A stretch of DNA of 64,000 nt from positions 1,366,001-1,430,000 of the forward strand of contig CM075992.1 in assembly GCA_038087875.1 (NCBI GenBank), given 5' to 3'. Source of the stretch: Malacoraja senta (Eukaryota). A program made the translations under genes and the position numbers. The notes beneath the pieces are model-generated. The model had not been told where the DNA came from and made no database searches. It saw nothing but the letters and a program-made list of their open reading frames with translations. Positions 35,619-48,710 of the stretch are shown here, piece by piece; position 1 is the stretch's first letter, and every line of letters begins with the position of its first letter.

Positions 35619-36171
35619 TAACATTTTGTGTCTATCTTCCCAATAAACGTCAGGCTAATGAACTGCAAATGCTAACTAAACATCAAGCTACAATCCCTTG
35701 GTTGCATGTACTTTGGGCATTTCTTTTCTTTTGCTTTGCACTGATATTATTTTTATTTATTGAGCTTTTTTTCTTCTTTTGTTTTATTATGTAATCTATC
35801 GGGTACTTTGTTTACAAACCTGCTCTGCTCTGCAAGTAAGCGCGTAATTGTTCTGTTTCGGTACATAAGGCAACTAACTCTTGACTCTTGAAATCTGAGG
35901 AAAGACATCTTGGGGAAATGAAGACTGTGAAGGGGATGAGATTCTTAAAACTAAAAGTAGAGGAAAGCAAAGGCGATGCATAAAGTGCTAGAGTAGCTCG
36001 GAGGGTCAGGCAGCTTCCGGTGAAAACCCACGCAGGTCACGGGGAGAACGTACAAACTCCGTACAGACAGCAGCCGTAGTCAGGATGGAGCCTGGGTCTC
36101 TGGCGCTGTGAGGCAGCAACTCTACCGCTGCGCCGACGTGCCACCCATGATTTTCTTCAGGTTAAAATCAG

Positions 36172-36690
36172 TGGACATCCTTGTGATTGAGGCAGTGCAG
36201 CGTAGGTTCACGAGATTGATCCCTGGGATGGCGGGATTGTCATATGAGGAAAGATTGAAAAGTCTAGGCTTGTATTCACTGGAGTTTTAGAAGGATGAGG
36301 GGATATCTTATAGAAACATTTAAAATTATAAAAGGACTGGACAAGCTAGATGCAGGAAAAATGTTCCCAATGTTGGGCGAGTCCAGAAACAGGGGCCACA
36401 GTCTTAGAATAAGGGGGAGGTCATTTAAGACTGAGGTGAGAAAAACTTTATCACCCAGAGAGTTGTGAATTGGTGGAATTCCCTGCCACAGAGGGCAGTG
36501 GAGGCCAAGTCACTGGATGGATTTAAGAGAGAGTTAGATAGAGCTCTAGGGGCTAGTGGAGTCAAGAGATATGGGGAGAAGGCAGGCACGGGTTATTGAT
36601 TGGGGACGATCAGCCATGATCACAATGAATGGCGGTGCTGGCTGGAAGGGCCGAATGGCCTCCTCCTGCACCTATTTTCTATGTTTCTAT
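36172..36690 (+). mobile_element. CR1 3' fragment
   Basis: DILVIEAVQRRFTRLIPGMAGLSYEERL...; UTR with TTTCTATG. Confidence 0.88.
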
Positions 36691-36947
36691 GGTACTTGTC
36701 ACCCTAATGCTACTGGTGACAGTCATACGAAGAATGAGAGCTCTACTTGTTAGGTTCACAGAGGTTCGTTGGCGGAGTTCTCTGTGGAAGGTTGTGAGGG
36801 CCTCTTGTGATCTCAGCGCTGTGTCCACTACTGGGGTGCTGTGCTTTCATTCTCGCACGGCGGGGATGTTCTTTGGAATAACGGCGAGGAAGATGAAGGT
36901 TGAATCTGCTGGAGATTTGCCAATTACTGAGAAAAACAAAACAAAAA

Positions 36948-37385
36948 CAGCACTGGGCTTGCACTCGCTGGAGCTCAGAAGGATGAGGGGGGGGACCTCA
37001 TTGAAGCTGACGGAATAGCGAAAGACCTGGATAGAGTGGACGTGGAGAGGATGCTTCCGCTAGTGGGAGAGTCTAAGACTAGAGGGCACAGTCTCAGAAT
37101 TAAAGGATGTACCTGTAGAAAGGAGATGAGGAGGAATTTCTAGATGAGGAAGAATTTCTATCCGGAGGGTGGTGAATCTGTGAAGTTCATTGCCACAGAA
37201 GGCTGTGGAGGACAAATCTTTTAAAGTAGAGATTGATAGATTCTTGATTAGTACGGGTGTCAGGGATTGTGGGGACAAGGCAGGAGAATGGGGTTGGGTG
37301 GGAGAGATACATCAGCCATGATTGAATGGCAGAGTGGAGTCGATGGGCCGAATGGCCTAATTCTGCTGCTATCACTCATGGACTT
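36948..37385 (+). mobile_element. CR1 3' fragment (older subfamily)
   Basis: ALGLHSLELRRMRG...; UTR GATGGGCCGAATGGCCTAATTCTG. Confidence 0.8.
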
Positions 37386-37627
37386 ATGGAAAAGTTTCAG
37401 ATGTTGAAAATACTGCAACACTCGGGCGGTCATGCAGCAGATGTGGAGAGAGAACCAGAGTGGATGTTTGATGAAGAATCCTTGACCCGAACCATTAAAT
37501 CTACTTTCCATTCCGCAGATGCGAACGGATGTGGTGAGTGTTTCCGGCATTTCCCAGTTATATTTGAAATTATTGAATGGCTGTTAAAATATAGGTCGAT
37601 GAGGCAATGAGAAGGGGACAAGGACTG

Positions 37628-37935
37628 CACGCATGGTGGCGCAGCGGTAGAGTTGCTGCCTCACAGCGCCAGAGACCCGGGTTCAATCCTGACTACGGGT
37701 GCTGTCTGTGTGGAGTTTGCACATTCTCTCCATGCCCTGCGTGGGTTTTCTCCGTGTGCTCCTGCTTCCTCCCACACTCCAAAGACATGCAGGTTTGTAG
37801 GTTAATTGGCTTTGGTAAAGATTGTAAATTGTCCCTAGTGTGTGTAGGATTGTTCCAAGTGTATAGGGATCGCTGGGTCAATGTGGACTTGCTGGGCCTG
37901 TTTCCACACTGTATCTATAAACTGAACTAAACTAA
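37628..37935 (+). mobile_element. V-SINE (HE1-like), full length
   Basis: Head, V-domain and (CTAAA)n tail. Confidence 0.88.
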
Positions 37936-38283
37936 ATATGCGTGCTCGGAGTAGGCTGTGCATTCTGCAAAACCTCCAGCCCTGTCTGCGGAGTTCAAAA
38001 CTGCAGCATTTCTGCTGAGCTGCCTGCAACCATGCATTATTGCCCTGCTATGTGTGGAGTTCAAAACTGCAGCATTTCTGCTGAGCTGCCTGCAACCATG
38101 CATTATTGCCCTGCTATGTGCAGATCTTGCAACTTGCAACTGCCGCGATGGCTTTGTCTGCATAGTTCCAAATCGCTGCATTGGTGCTGAGCTCATACTT
38201 GTTGCATTATTGCCAGAACATGCAACTTCTGCATTAATGACAATATCACAACTGAGTCTAGACTTGCAACTGCAGCATTGGAA

Positions 38284-38574
38284 ACGGCCTGTCCCACTTA
38301 CCCGAGTTACTCACGAATTCTCCCGAGTTTTCCCCTCGATTCAAACTCGGAGAATGTCCGTAGGAGTCCGTAGATATATCGTGGCGGCTGGTAATGCCAG
38401 CCGTAGGTACTCGGGGCATTCAGGTAAGTCGGGACGTTTTTTCAGCATGCTCAAACAAAAGTCCACGAGTAAAAAATATTGCCCCGAGTACCTACGGGTT
38501 TGAATCTCCGAGTTTGAATCAAGGGGAAAACTCGGGAGAATTCGTGAGTAACTCAGGAAAGTGGAACAGGCCCT
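38284..38574. mobile_element. Harbinger-type MITE
   Basis: ACGGCCTGTCCCACTT and AAGTGGAACAGGCCCT termini with long sub-terminal inverted arms (GAGTTACTCACGAATTCTCCCGAGTTTTCCCC). Confidence 0.8.
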
Positions 38575-40034
38575 TTACTAAGCCAAGTCAATCCTGACCT
38601 GGGGTGCTGTCTATGTGGAGTTTGCACGTTCTCCCTGTGACCGCGTGGGTTTCCTCCAGGTGCTCTGGTTTCTGCCAACATCTCAAAGACGTGTGTCGGT
38701 TGTCTAGGAAGAAACTGCAGATGCTGGTTTACACCGTAGATAGACTCAAAATGCTGGAACAGCAGGTCAGGCAGGATCTCTGTTCCTCCTCTCCAGAGTT
38801 GCTGCCTGACCCGCTGAGTTACTCCAGCATCTTGCGTCTATCATCGGGTTTGCAGGTTAATCGGTCCTCTGTGAGCTGCCCCCAGTGTGTAGGGAGTGGA
38901 TGCAGAAGTGGGAAAAGATAGAACTAGTGTGAATGGGTGATCGATGGTCCATGTGGACTTGGCCGGGCTGAAGAACCCGTTTCCACGCAGTATCTCCAAA
39001 CTAAACCAGCAATAAACAGAGAAAGAGAGATGGGAAGGAATATGTCACAGGAACTTTTGCAATGGACATGGGGAATTGGAAAATTGTGACTCAGATAGTT
39101 TTGCCAATTAGGTTTGATGCTTTGTTGGCGTTTTTTATCACATTATGTGTTGGAAGGAACTGCAGATGCTGGTTTAAACCGAAGACAGACACAAAAAGCT
39201 GGAGTAACTCAGCGGAACAGGCAGCATCTCTGGAGAAAAGGAATGGGTGACGTTTCTTCAGATTGAGAGTCAGGGAAAAGGGGAACAAGAGATATTGACG
39301 GTACACAGGACAAATGAATGGTAAAGATAGACTCTTCGTCGCGACCCGAAACGCCACCCATTCCTTCTCTCCAGAGACGCTGCCTGTCCCGCTGAGTTAC
39401 TCCAGCATTTTGTGTCTATCTTTGGTGTAAACCAGCATCTGCAGTTCCCTCCCACACACAATGATCACACGGCCTGCAGTCAGATTTCCCCGTCTACCTT
39501 CCCACCCTTGGTCTCCCAAACACATGAATCTTCACTGCAAAGTGCCCTTCCCCTGCCAATGGAAAGTAGTCACAACTAACTGGATGGCTGGTAGCCAAAA
39601 GTCTCCTCCAAACCCTGCCACATTTATAATGAGGGGGGGGGGGAAATCATTCCAACTAAAATTGTTTTTGGAATTTTTGTTTTACTGCTGAAGGATTTTT
39701 CTCCCTGGTACGACCTCCTCCGACCAGTGTCCTCAGGACAAGCCTCTAATTTCTGGAGTGTCTACACCAGTTGTGGAGATATTGGCAGCACTAGACCAGC
39801 TTGTGTTGTGAGCAGCCAATCTGGGTCTAATTGGTCTCTTGTGTGGACAGTTCGTGTTCAGACACTCTCCAGTCTGCTCTCTCGGGCGAATCCAAGATCA
39901 TCGATCAATATAATCACACTGTTTCCTTGCACGCGACTCTGGTCTCCAATCAGCCAGCTTGCTTCCTGACCAGCTCCCGAACCTAGCCTCCGCCCACTTC
40001 TGCAAATTCGCAATGGCACTCTCACCCAAAGACG

Positions 40035-40362
40035 TAGAAACATAGAACAATAAAAAATACAGGTGCAGGAGTAGGCCATTTGGCCATTCAATGTGATCAT
40101 GGCTGATCATCCCCAATCAGTACCCCGTTCCTGCCTTCTCCCCATATCCCCTGACTCCGCTATTTTTAAAAGCCCTATCTAGCTCTCTCTTGAAAGCATC
40201 CTGAGAACCTGCCTGAGGCAGAGAATTCCACAGACTCACCACTCTCTGTGTGAGAAAAAGTGTTTCCTCGTCTCCGTTCTAAATGGCTTACTCCTTATTC
40301 TTAAACTGTGTGGCCCCTGGTTCTGGACTCGCCCAACATCAGGAACATGTTTCCTGCCTCTC
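40035..40362 (-). mobile_element. CR1 3' fragment
   Basis: Reverse-complement CR1 C-terminus and UTR. Confidence 0.85.
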
Positions 40363-41289
40363 AACATGATCATCCAAAATCAGTACCCCGTTCCTGCCTT
40401 CTCTCCATATCGCTTGATACCTTTAGTCCTAAGAGCTAAATCTAACTCGATGGGCCGAATGGCCTACTACTGCTCCTAGTTTCTATCTGTGGCAATGAAT
40501 GCTCAGATTCATCCACCTCAAGCTAAAGAAATTATTTATTTCCTTTCTAAAGAAATTCCTCCTTTTCTCTTGAAAACACCCAGTGAATTGGCCTCCACTG
40601 CCTTATGTAGCAGAGAATTCCACAGATTCAAAACTCTCTGGATGAAAAAGGATTTTCCTCATCTCAGTCCTAAATGGCCGACCTCTCAATTTTAAACAGT
40701 GACCCCTGGCTATGGACTCCCCCAACACCGGGAACATTTCTTCTGCATCGAGCCTGTCCAAGCCCTCAAGAATTTTATATGACGCAAATAAATACTCTGC
40801 CTGTGTTCTCCATTGTGTGTGGCCACCATGAAATGACCCGCATGAGATTCCAGGCAACACAAGACAGACTTTAGAGATACAGCGCGGAAACAGGACCCTT
40901 CGGCCCACCGAGTCTATGCTCTCCAGCGATCACCCCTGTACACAAACACTAGCCAACACACTAGGGACTATTTCACAATATACCAAAGCCAATTAACCTC
41001 TAGTTTTAGTTTTGGAAATACTGGCAACAGGCCCTTCGCCCATCGAGTCCGTGCCAAGCAGCGATCCTCGCACACTAGCAATATCCTGCACACTAGGGAC
41101 AATTTACAATCTCTACCAAAGACAAATAACCTACAAATGCACGTCTTTGGAGTGTTGGAGGAAACCAAAAACACCTGGAGAAAACCCACACGGTCACAGG
41201 GAGAACGTACAAACTCTGCACGGACAGTGCCTGTAGTCAGTATCGAACCCTTCCATATCTCTGTGTCTCCCTCTCCCCTGAATCTCAGT

Positions 41290-41317
41290 CTGAAGAAGGG
41301 TCTCGACCCGAAACGTC
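41290..41317 (+). ncRNA. Minimal hammerhead ribozyme motif (consensus copy)
   Basis: CTGAAGAAGGGTCTCGACCCGAAACGTC. Confidence 0.7.
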
Positions 41318-41671
41318 ACCCGTTCCTTCTCTCCAGAGATGCTGCCTGTCCCGCTGAGTTACTCCAGCAGTTTGTGACTGACTTTGGCTATAAATAGTCA
41401 TTGGCAATCTGGCACAGGAGAAGTCTCTAGGAGCTGGAGGCTGCATTCTCCTCTTGAGTCCAGATGAGGCCAGGAATTAGCAGAGCAAGGGTGTTCCCCA
41501 GGGCTCTGGGACACTCAGGTCTATTTTAAACCGGTTCTGGGGCAGGGCTTGCGTCAGCAATGCTACATCATCACCAGCCACGTGGTCACAAGAACCGTGG
41601 CTAAGTGCATGAGCTGATGAGGTCAAAGGTCCACCTAGGAGATACCTAAACATGTCCACCTTACTCTGCTA

Positions 41672-42225
41672 GAGGGTGCGAGCTATAGGGAGAGGTTGAG
41701 CTGGCTGGGACTCTATTCCTTGGAGCACAGGAGGATGAGGGGTGATCTTATAGAAGTGTATAAAATCACCAGAGGAATAGATCGGGTAGATGCACGGAGG
41801 CTCTTGCCCAGAGTAGGGGAATCGAGGACCAGAGGACAGAGGTCCAAGCTGAAGGGGAGAGGGAGAAGATTTAATAGGAGTTTGAGGGGTAACTTTTTCC
41901 ACACAAAGGGTGGTGGGTGTATGGAACAGATCAGGTCAGTTTTTTCAGTTCAGTTGGGTTCATGTGTACCGAGGTACATTGAAAAGCTTTTGTTGCGTGC
42001 TAACTAGTCAGCAGAAAGACAATACATGATTATAATCGAGCTGCCAGAGAAGGTAGTTGGGGCAGGTATTAAGAAACGGTTAGACAGGTAGGTACATGGA
42101 TAGGACAGGTTTGGAGATTTATGGGCTAAAGGCGGGCAGGTGGGACTAGTGTAGATGGGACATGTTGGCCAGTCTGGGCAGGTTGGGCCGAAGGGCGTTT
42201 CCACGCTGTATCACTCTATGACTCT
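41672..42225 (+). mobile_element. CR1 (HER1-like) 3' fragment, interrupted
   Basis: LGLYSLEHRRMRGDLIEVYKITRGIDRVDA...; UTR at 42130-42225. Confidence 0.85.
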
Positions 42226-42479
42226 AGGTACAGAGTTACATTGGATGTTCTATCAGCTGGCTGTCCTCACACTGAGTAGACTGCTGACATTAAATACACT
42301 AGTGGACACAGAGTGCTGGAGTAACTCAGCGGGTCAGGCAAACATCTCTGGAGAACATGGACGGTGACGTTTCTGGTCAGGACCCTTCTTCAGATGTACG
42401 CTGGTTACGTATGCTCTACCAACAGCCTGGGTGTGAGTCACCCTCCCCTCACACCACAATGATCCATTCTACATGTTCC

Positions 42480-42992
42480 CTGTCATCTCACATTTTCACA
42501 CCTTCCCCTTCCATATCTCTATTTCCCTCTCCCCCGACTCTCAGTCTGAAGAAGGGTCTCGACCAGAAACGTCACCCATTCCTTCTCTCCAGAGATGCTG
42601 CCTGTCCCGCTGAGTTACTCCAGCACTCTGTGAAACGTCACCTATCCATGTTCTCCACAGATGCTGCATATCTGACCCGCTGAGTTACTCCAGCACTCTG
42701 TGAAACGTCACCTATCCATGTTCCGGCAGAATCTATGGAGCGAAGGAAATAGGCAACGTTTCGGCCCGAAACCCTTCCGGGTTTCGGCCCGAAACCCTTC
42801 CGGGTTTCGGCCCGAAACGTTACCTATTTCCTTCAGGGTTTCAGCCTGAAAGGTTGCCCATTTCCTTCGCTCCACAGATGCTGCCTGACCCGCTGAGTTA
42901 CTCCAGCACTCTGTGAAACGTCACCTATCCATGTTCTCCACCGATGCTGCATATCTGACCCGCTGAGTTACCCCAGCACCTCGTGTCTATCT
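42480..42992 (+). mobile_element. Rearranged PLE terminal-repeat cluster (tandem and fold-back units)
   Basis: Core at 42546. 70-bp tandem units joined at CTCTGTGAAACGTC. 23-bp GGGTTTCGGCCCGAAACCCTTCC reiteration at 42755-42821. Confidence 0.8.
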
Positions 42993-43349
42993 GGGTGTGG
43001 GTGGGCTGGCTATTCCTGGCTGGAGTGATGCCCCACGATACTATTCCAGCACAAACAGCATTGGTTTTTGAAAGACACAAAAAGCTGAGTCTGTGACACC
43101 TCCATAGAACAACTGCGATATCATCTGCCGCCTAAAAATAGAACCTCCTACCAACCAGCAAATTCCCAAGACTCATTCACAATCTGCAGCGTGAAATATA
43201 ATTGCTGGTTGCCGAGTTTTATCAATGCATTGGCGTCCCAGTGAGAGGTGGGGTGTGAGTATATGTAGCTGCGATCCTGGGAAATTTAGTTGGGGGAAGC
43301 GAAAGCAAGGAAGAAGAAGAATCCATCCACCAGCAATCTCCCCGTACAT

Positions 43350-43610
43350 TAGATTAGAGACACAGCGTGGAAACAGGCCCTTCGGCCCTCCGAGTCCGTG
43401 ACGGCCGGCAATCACCCCGAACACTAACGCTATCCTACACACAATAGGGACAACTTACAATTTTACCCAAGCCAGTTAGCCTACAAACCTCCACGTCTTT
43501 GGAGTGTGGGAGGAACCGGAGCTCCCGGATGAAACCCACGCGGGTCACGGGGAGAACGTACAAACTCCGCACAGACAGCGCCCGTAGTCGGGATCGAACC
43601 CGGATCTCTG
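43350..43610 (-). mobile_element. V-SINE (HE1-like)
   Basis: Reverse-complement SINE. Confidence 0.85.
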
Positions 43611-43829
43611 CCGCTACCTTGCATCTGGGATTAATCCTGACATCATCCACTATGTGTTTGCAGGTTCTCCTTGTGAATGCACAGGTTCCACCCCACCCCC
43701 CCCCCTCCCCCGCCCCCAAAATGACTACAAAACACAGGAGCAGAATTAGGCCATTCAGCCCATCGAGACCACTGCACCATTCATTGATGGCTGATCTATT
43801 TTTCCCTCACAACCCCATTCTCCTGTCTA

Positions 43830-44115
43830 TTAGTTTAGTTTAGTACAGAGATACAGCTCGAAAACAGGCCCTTCGGCCCACCGAGTCCGCTCACTAACAC
43901 TATCCCACACACACTAGGGACAATTTACAATTTTACCCAAGCCAATTAACCTACAAATCTTTGGAGTGTGGGAGGGAACTGGAGCAAAGCCACGCTGGTC
44001 ACGGTGAGAGCGTACAAACTCCGTACAGACAGCACCCGTGGCCGGGATTGAACCCGGGTCTCTCGGCCGCTGCATTTCGCTGTAAGGCAGCAACTCTACC
44101 GCTGGGCCACCGTCC
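43830..44115 (-). mobile_element. V-SINE (HE1-like)
   Basis: Reverse-complement SINE with extra bases in the head. Confidence 0.83.
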
Positions 44116-45046
44116 CGACCTGGAGTTACTCCAGCGCTTTGTGTCCTCATCGAAGATTGATGAGAATGACCCGGTGACTAACAAATATATGATGCTCTGC
44201 AGACGTGTTGCTTGCATTCCCTCGAGCCCAGGCGATTAGAGTGTGACCTAAATGTGTAAGATGATTAAAATAGGTGTAAGGTAGACGAAGAGGAAACACT
44301 CTCCTTGGTTTACAGACGTCTAGGGGCCCTACAACGTAATGGAGTTAATTAGAGCAAGTTCACACAAGGTCTGTCACAGACGGATATCTTTGTGCCAGGC
44401 ACAAAAACCAAGAAGTGGTGGGAACACTCGGCAGGTCAGCAGCACCTGCGGAGAGAGAAGCTGCGATACCTGTCCAGGTGAAGACCCCCCAACCAGATCT
44501 CATCCTTCTGATGAAAGGGGCCTTTCATCTGAAACTCTGGTACTTCTTCCACCTGCTTTAGTCTTCCCTATTTATTTTGGCTTCCAAACATCTGCTGTGT
44601 TTATTCTATTGATTTTCACATTTTCCCAGAATTAGGCCATTCGGCCCATCTATTCTACTCCACCATTCACTCATGGCTGATCCAATATCTCCCTCTCAAC
44701 CCCATTCTCCTGCCTTCTCCCCATAACTCCTGACACCCGTATTTTGCTGCTATCATTTGAGGTTGTTGTGGGTAAGGGGCAGGGGTGTTGGTCTGTGGGA
44801 GATTCTGTAACTAAGATAACTATTTGTGGTGCAAACACAGCAGGACTTGTAAAACAGCGGAGAGTTGTAATACTGCCTGACCTGTTGGGCCGAATGTCAT
44901 TGATGTACGGAAACAGGCCCTTTGGCCCGACTCATCCATGCTGGCCAAGATGCTGCATCTAAGCCAGTCTCATTGGCCCATATTTGCCCCAATATCCCTT
45001 CATATGGAATATAATTGCTATACACAACTTCAAGACACCCCAGGCT

Positions 45047-45340
45047 TGCACGGTGGCGCAGCGGTAGAGTTGCTGCCTCACCGCACCAGAGACCCGGGTT
45101 CGATCCCGACTACGGGTGCTGTCTGTACGGAGTCTGTACGTTCTCCCCGTGACCTGCGTGGGGTTTTTCCGAGATCTTCGGTTACCTCCCACACTCCAAA
45201 GACGTACAGGTTTGTAGGTTAATTGGCTTGGTATAAGCGTAAATTGTCCCCTAGTGTGTGTAGGATAGTGTTAGTTTGCGGGGATCGTTGGTCGACCCGG
45301 ACTCGGTGGGTCGAAGAGGCTGTTTCCGCGCTGCATCTCG
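45047..45340 (+). mobile_element. V-SINE (HE1-like), full length
   Basis: Head, V-domain and tail. Confidence 0.88.
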
Positions 45341-46224
45341 AACAGGGTCTGGACCAGAAATGTCAGCCATTCCTTCTCTCCAGAGACGCTGCCCGTCCCG
45401 CTGAGTTACTCCATCTTTTGGTGTCTATCTTCAGTTTAAACCAGCATCTGCAGTTCCTTCCTAAGCTAAACATACAGGGCCCTCCATAATGTTTGGGACA
45501 AAGACCCATCATTTATTTATTTGCCTCTTGTACTCCACAATTTGAGTTTCTACGCTGTATCTCGACACTAAACTAAACTCACATCCCCCTCCCCCCCTCC
45601 TATGGAGCAGCCCAGGGTTCCACCATCAGCCTCACCAGAGTCACAGGGCACAGAAACAGGCCCTTGGAAATAAGGCAGTGGCTGATTATACAGTGAGCTC
45701 AGCAGAGGAGGAAGCAAACATTGAAGAGGAGACAGACACAAAATGCTGGAGTAACTCAGTGGGACAGGCAGCATCTGTGGAGAGAAGGGATGAGTGACGT
45801 TTCGGGTCGAGACCCTTCGTCAGACTGAGAGTCAGGGGAGAGGGAGACACAGAGATATGGACAATGAAAGAAAGATTTAATAGGAGTCTAAAGGGTAACC
45901 TTTTCACACCAAAGGTGGTGGGTGTATGGAACGAGCTGCCAGAGGAGGTAGTTGAGGCAGGGACTATCGCAATGTTTAAGAAACAGTTAGACAGGTACAT
46001 GGATAGGACATGTTTGGAGGAGTGTGGACTTCGCCCTGCACGAAATCTTCGCACACCACCGGCCTGTCGCGTAACTGACGGCCAAAGTGGGACAGGCCCA
46101 AGACCCTGGGGCGACGCAACGTCTCACCTGCAACAGCAGCAGAAGCAGGCAAACTCGGCCTGGGGCTCACGGCCGTTGGGGATCCGGATCCGCCCCCCAC
46201 TCCTACTCCCAGAGCGGGGCCAAG

Positions 46225-46875
46225 TCTCTCTACAAGGGAGTCCTCCCCCTTTACATTGGGGACCTGGGGTGGAGAGTTTTGCACAAAGCCGTGGCCTGTA
46301 ATAGGTACTTGAGCCGGTTCACGGACTCTTCCCCTGCGTGTCATTTCTGCGGTGAGGAAGAGACCGTGTTCCACGTGTATATAGAGTGCGAGAGGTTGCA
46401 GCCCCTGTTCGAGTATCTGAAAGGGCTGCTCCTCAAGTTTTGGCTACATTTTAGTCCAACGCTATTAATCTATGGGCACCCGGTACAGAGGGGGGAGGGT
46501 CGGGAGGGAGGAGGGGGTCTCCCTGTCGGACTGCTCCTGGGCCTGGCCAAGATGGCCATTCGCGGGTCCAGGCAGTGGGCGGTCGATGGCCGCACAGCGG
46601 TCGGCTGCCTGCCCCTTTTCCGGGGTTACGTCCGTGCCCGCGTGTCCCTAGAGAGGGAACACGCGGTGTCCACGGGGACTGTGGAGGCCTTCTGTGAACG
46701 CTGGTCACCGCAGGAGGTTGAATATATTATAGATTAAAATGTTAATATTTTAATTTGATAATTTTGTTTAAGTGTTTTTTAAATGGTGTGAGCTTTCTTA
46801 CCCTCCCTTGTAAATTGTACATTTGTTTAAAAATCTAATAAAAAAAACATTTACGGGAAAAAGAAAAAAAAAAAA
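46225..46875 (+). mobile_element. Tx1/L1-clade LINE 3' end with poly(A) and TSD
   Basis: DLGWRVLH...CHFCGEEETVFHVYIEC (zf-RVT CCHC), AT-rich UTR and A-tail. 14-bp TSD AGAGCGGGGCCAAG at 46211-46224 and 46876-46889. Confidence 0.9.
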
Positions 46876-47576
46876 AGAGCGGGGCCAAGACGATTGGAGA
46901 CAGACACAATAAGCTGGAGTAACTCAGCGGGACAGGCAGCATCTCTGGTGAGAAGCAATGGGTGACGTTTCTTTAGACTGAAGAAGAATCTCGACCCAAA
47001 ACATCACCCATTCCTTCTCTCCAGAGATGCTGCCCGTCCCGCTGAGTTACTCCTGCATTTTGTGTCTATCTTCAAATGACGTCACGCGCTCCAGACGGCT
47101 GTGCGGACGCATGATGACGCGCGTCAGTCACGACCGGCCTGTTGCGTAAATGACAGCCCAAGTGGGACAGGCCCTTAAGGTGGGTGAATGTCTGGGACTG
47201 ATCGAAAATCTCTTCTGCAAATGCGATTCGGAAGTAACCAGCTGCGGTGTTCAGGATCGGCCAGTGTGGAACTGATCCATGCAGGATTAAGGAGCACAGC
47301 TTAATCCGAAGCAGAATGCCACAGACACTGAGTCGGTGCCTGGGAACGTAATCTCCAGATATTAAAGATTGGATTTCCGCGCTCCAACCCCGTGGGGTGC
47401 GTGCAGTCTTTGCAACGGCCCAGTCAAAACTCCACCAGTAGCAAACAAAATGTGTGGGAAGGAACTGCAGACGCTGGTTTACACCGAAGATAGACACAAA
47501 ATGCTGGAGTAACTCAGCGGGACAGGCAGCATCTGTGGAGAGAAGCGATGGGGGTGATGTTCGGGTCGGGTCTGGT

Positions 47577-47604
47577 CTGAAGAAGGGTCTCGACCCGAAA
47601 CGTC
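47577..47604 (+). ncRNA. Minimal hammerhead ribozyme motif (consensus copy)
   Basis: CTGAAGAAGGGTCTCGACCCGAAACGTC. Confidence 0.7.
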
Positions 47605-47631
47605 ACCCATTCCTTCTCTCCAGGGACTACA

Positions 47632-48166
47632 AAATAGAGAGAGTACAGAGGAGATTTACTAGAATGTTGCCTGGGTTTCAGCAACTAAGTTACAGAGAAA
47701 GGTTGAACAAGTTAGGGCTTTATTCTTTGGAGCGCAGAAGGTTAAGAGGGGACTTGATAGAGGTCTTTAAAATTATGAGCGTGTTAGACAGAGTGGACGT
47801 GGAAAAGCTTTTCCCATTGAGAGTAGGGAAGATTCAAACAAGGGGACATGACTTGAGAATTAAGGGACAGAAGTTTAGGGGGAACATTAGGGGGAACTTC
47901 TTTACTCAGAGAGTGGTAGCTGTGTGGAATGAGCTTCCAGTGGAAGTGGTGGAGGCAGGTTTGATGTTATCCTTTAAAAATAGATTGGATGGGTATATGG
48001 ACGGGAAAGGAATGGAGGGTTATGGTCTGAGTGCAGGTAGATGGGACTAGGGGGAAGTATTTATTTTTAATTAAAAAAAAAAAATTAAAAAAATGTTCGG
48101 CATGGACTTGAAGGGCCGAGATGGCCTGTTTCCGTGCTGTTATGGTTATATGGTTATATGGTTATA
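47632..48166 (+). mobile_element. CR1 3' fragment inserted in a PLE terminal repeat
   Basis: IERVQRRFTRMLPG...GYGLSAGRWD plus (TATGGTTA)n tail. PLE sequence resumes at ~48167. Confidence 0.9.
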
Positions 48167-48403
48167 TGCCTGTCCCGCTGAGTGTCTTTCCACCAGTTAC
48201 AAGACAGGCAACAACCAGCGGGCACTGACCCACAGCTACAGATAAAAAAACCAGGAATTATTGCTGCTCCTAATATTTACGACCTCTGCAGGGAACTGTT
48301 GAGTGGAGTTTGTCACCTCAGGTGTCTAACATGCGCAAGATTAAAGGGCACACTTTAGGATAAGGAGCAGCGGTTTGGAGCGGATCCAAGGAAGATTTTT
48401 AGC

Positions 48404-48710
48404 TTAGTTTAGTTTAGAGATACAGCCCGGAAACAGGCCCTTCGGCCCACCGGGTCCGTGTCAACCAGTGATCTCCGCACACTAACACTATCCTACACAC
48501 ACTAGGGACAATTTACATTTACACCAAGCCAATTAACCTACAAATCTGCACATCTTTGGAGTGTGGGAGGGAACCGGAGCGCCCGGAGAAAACCCACGCA
48601 GGTCACGGGGAGAAGGTACAAACTCCGTACAGACAGCACCCGTAGTCGGGATCGAACCCGGGACTCTGGCGCTGAAAGGCAGCAACTCTACCGCTGCGCC
48701 ACCATGCCGC
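48404..48710 (-). mobile_element. V-SINE (HE1-like), full length
   Basis: Reverse-complement SINE. Confidence 0.88.

Noticed and set aside
41612..41640. CTGATGA as another hammerhead core
   Set aside because: No stem II followed by GAAA and NUH.
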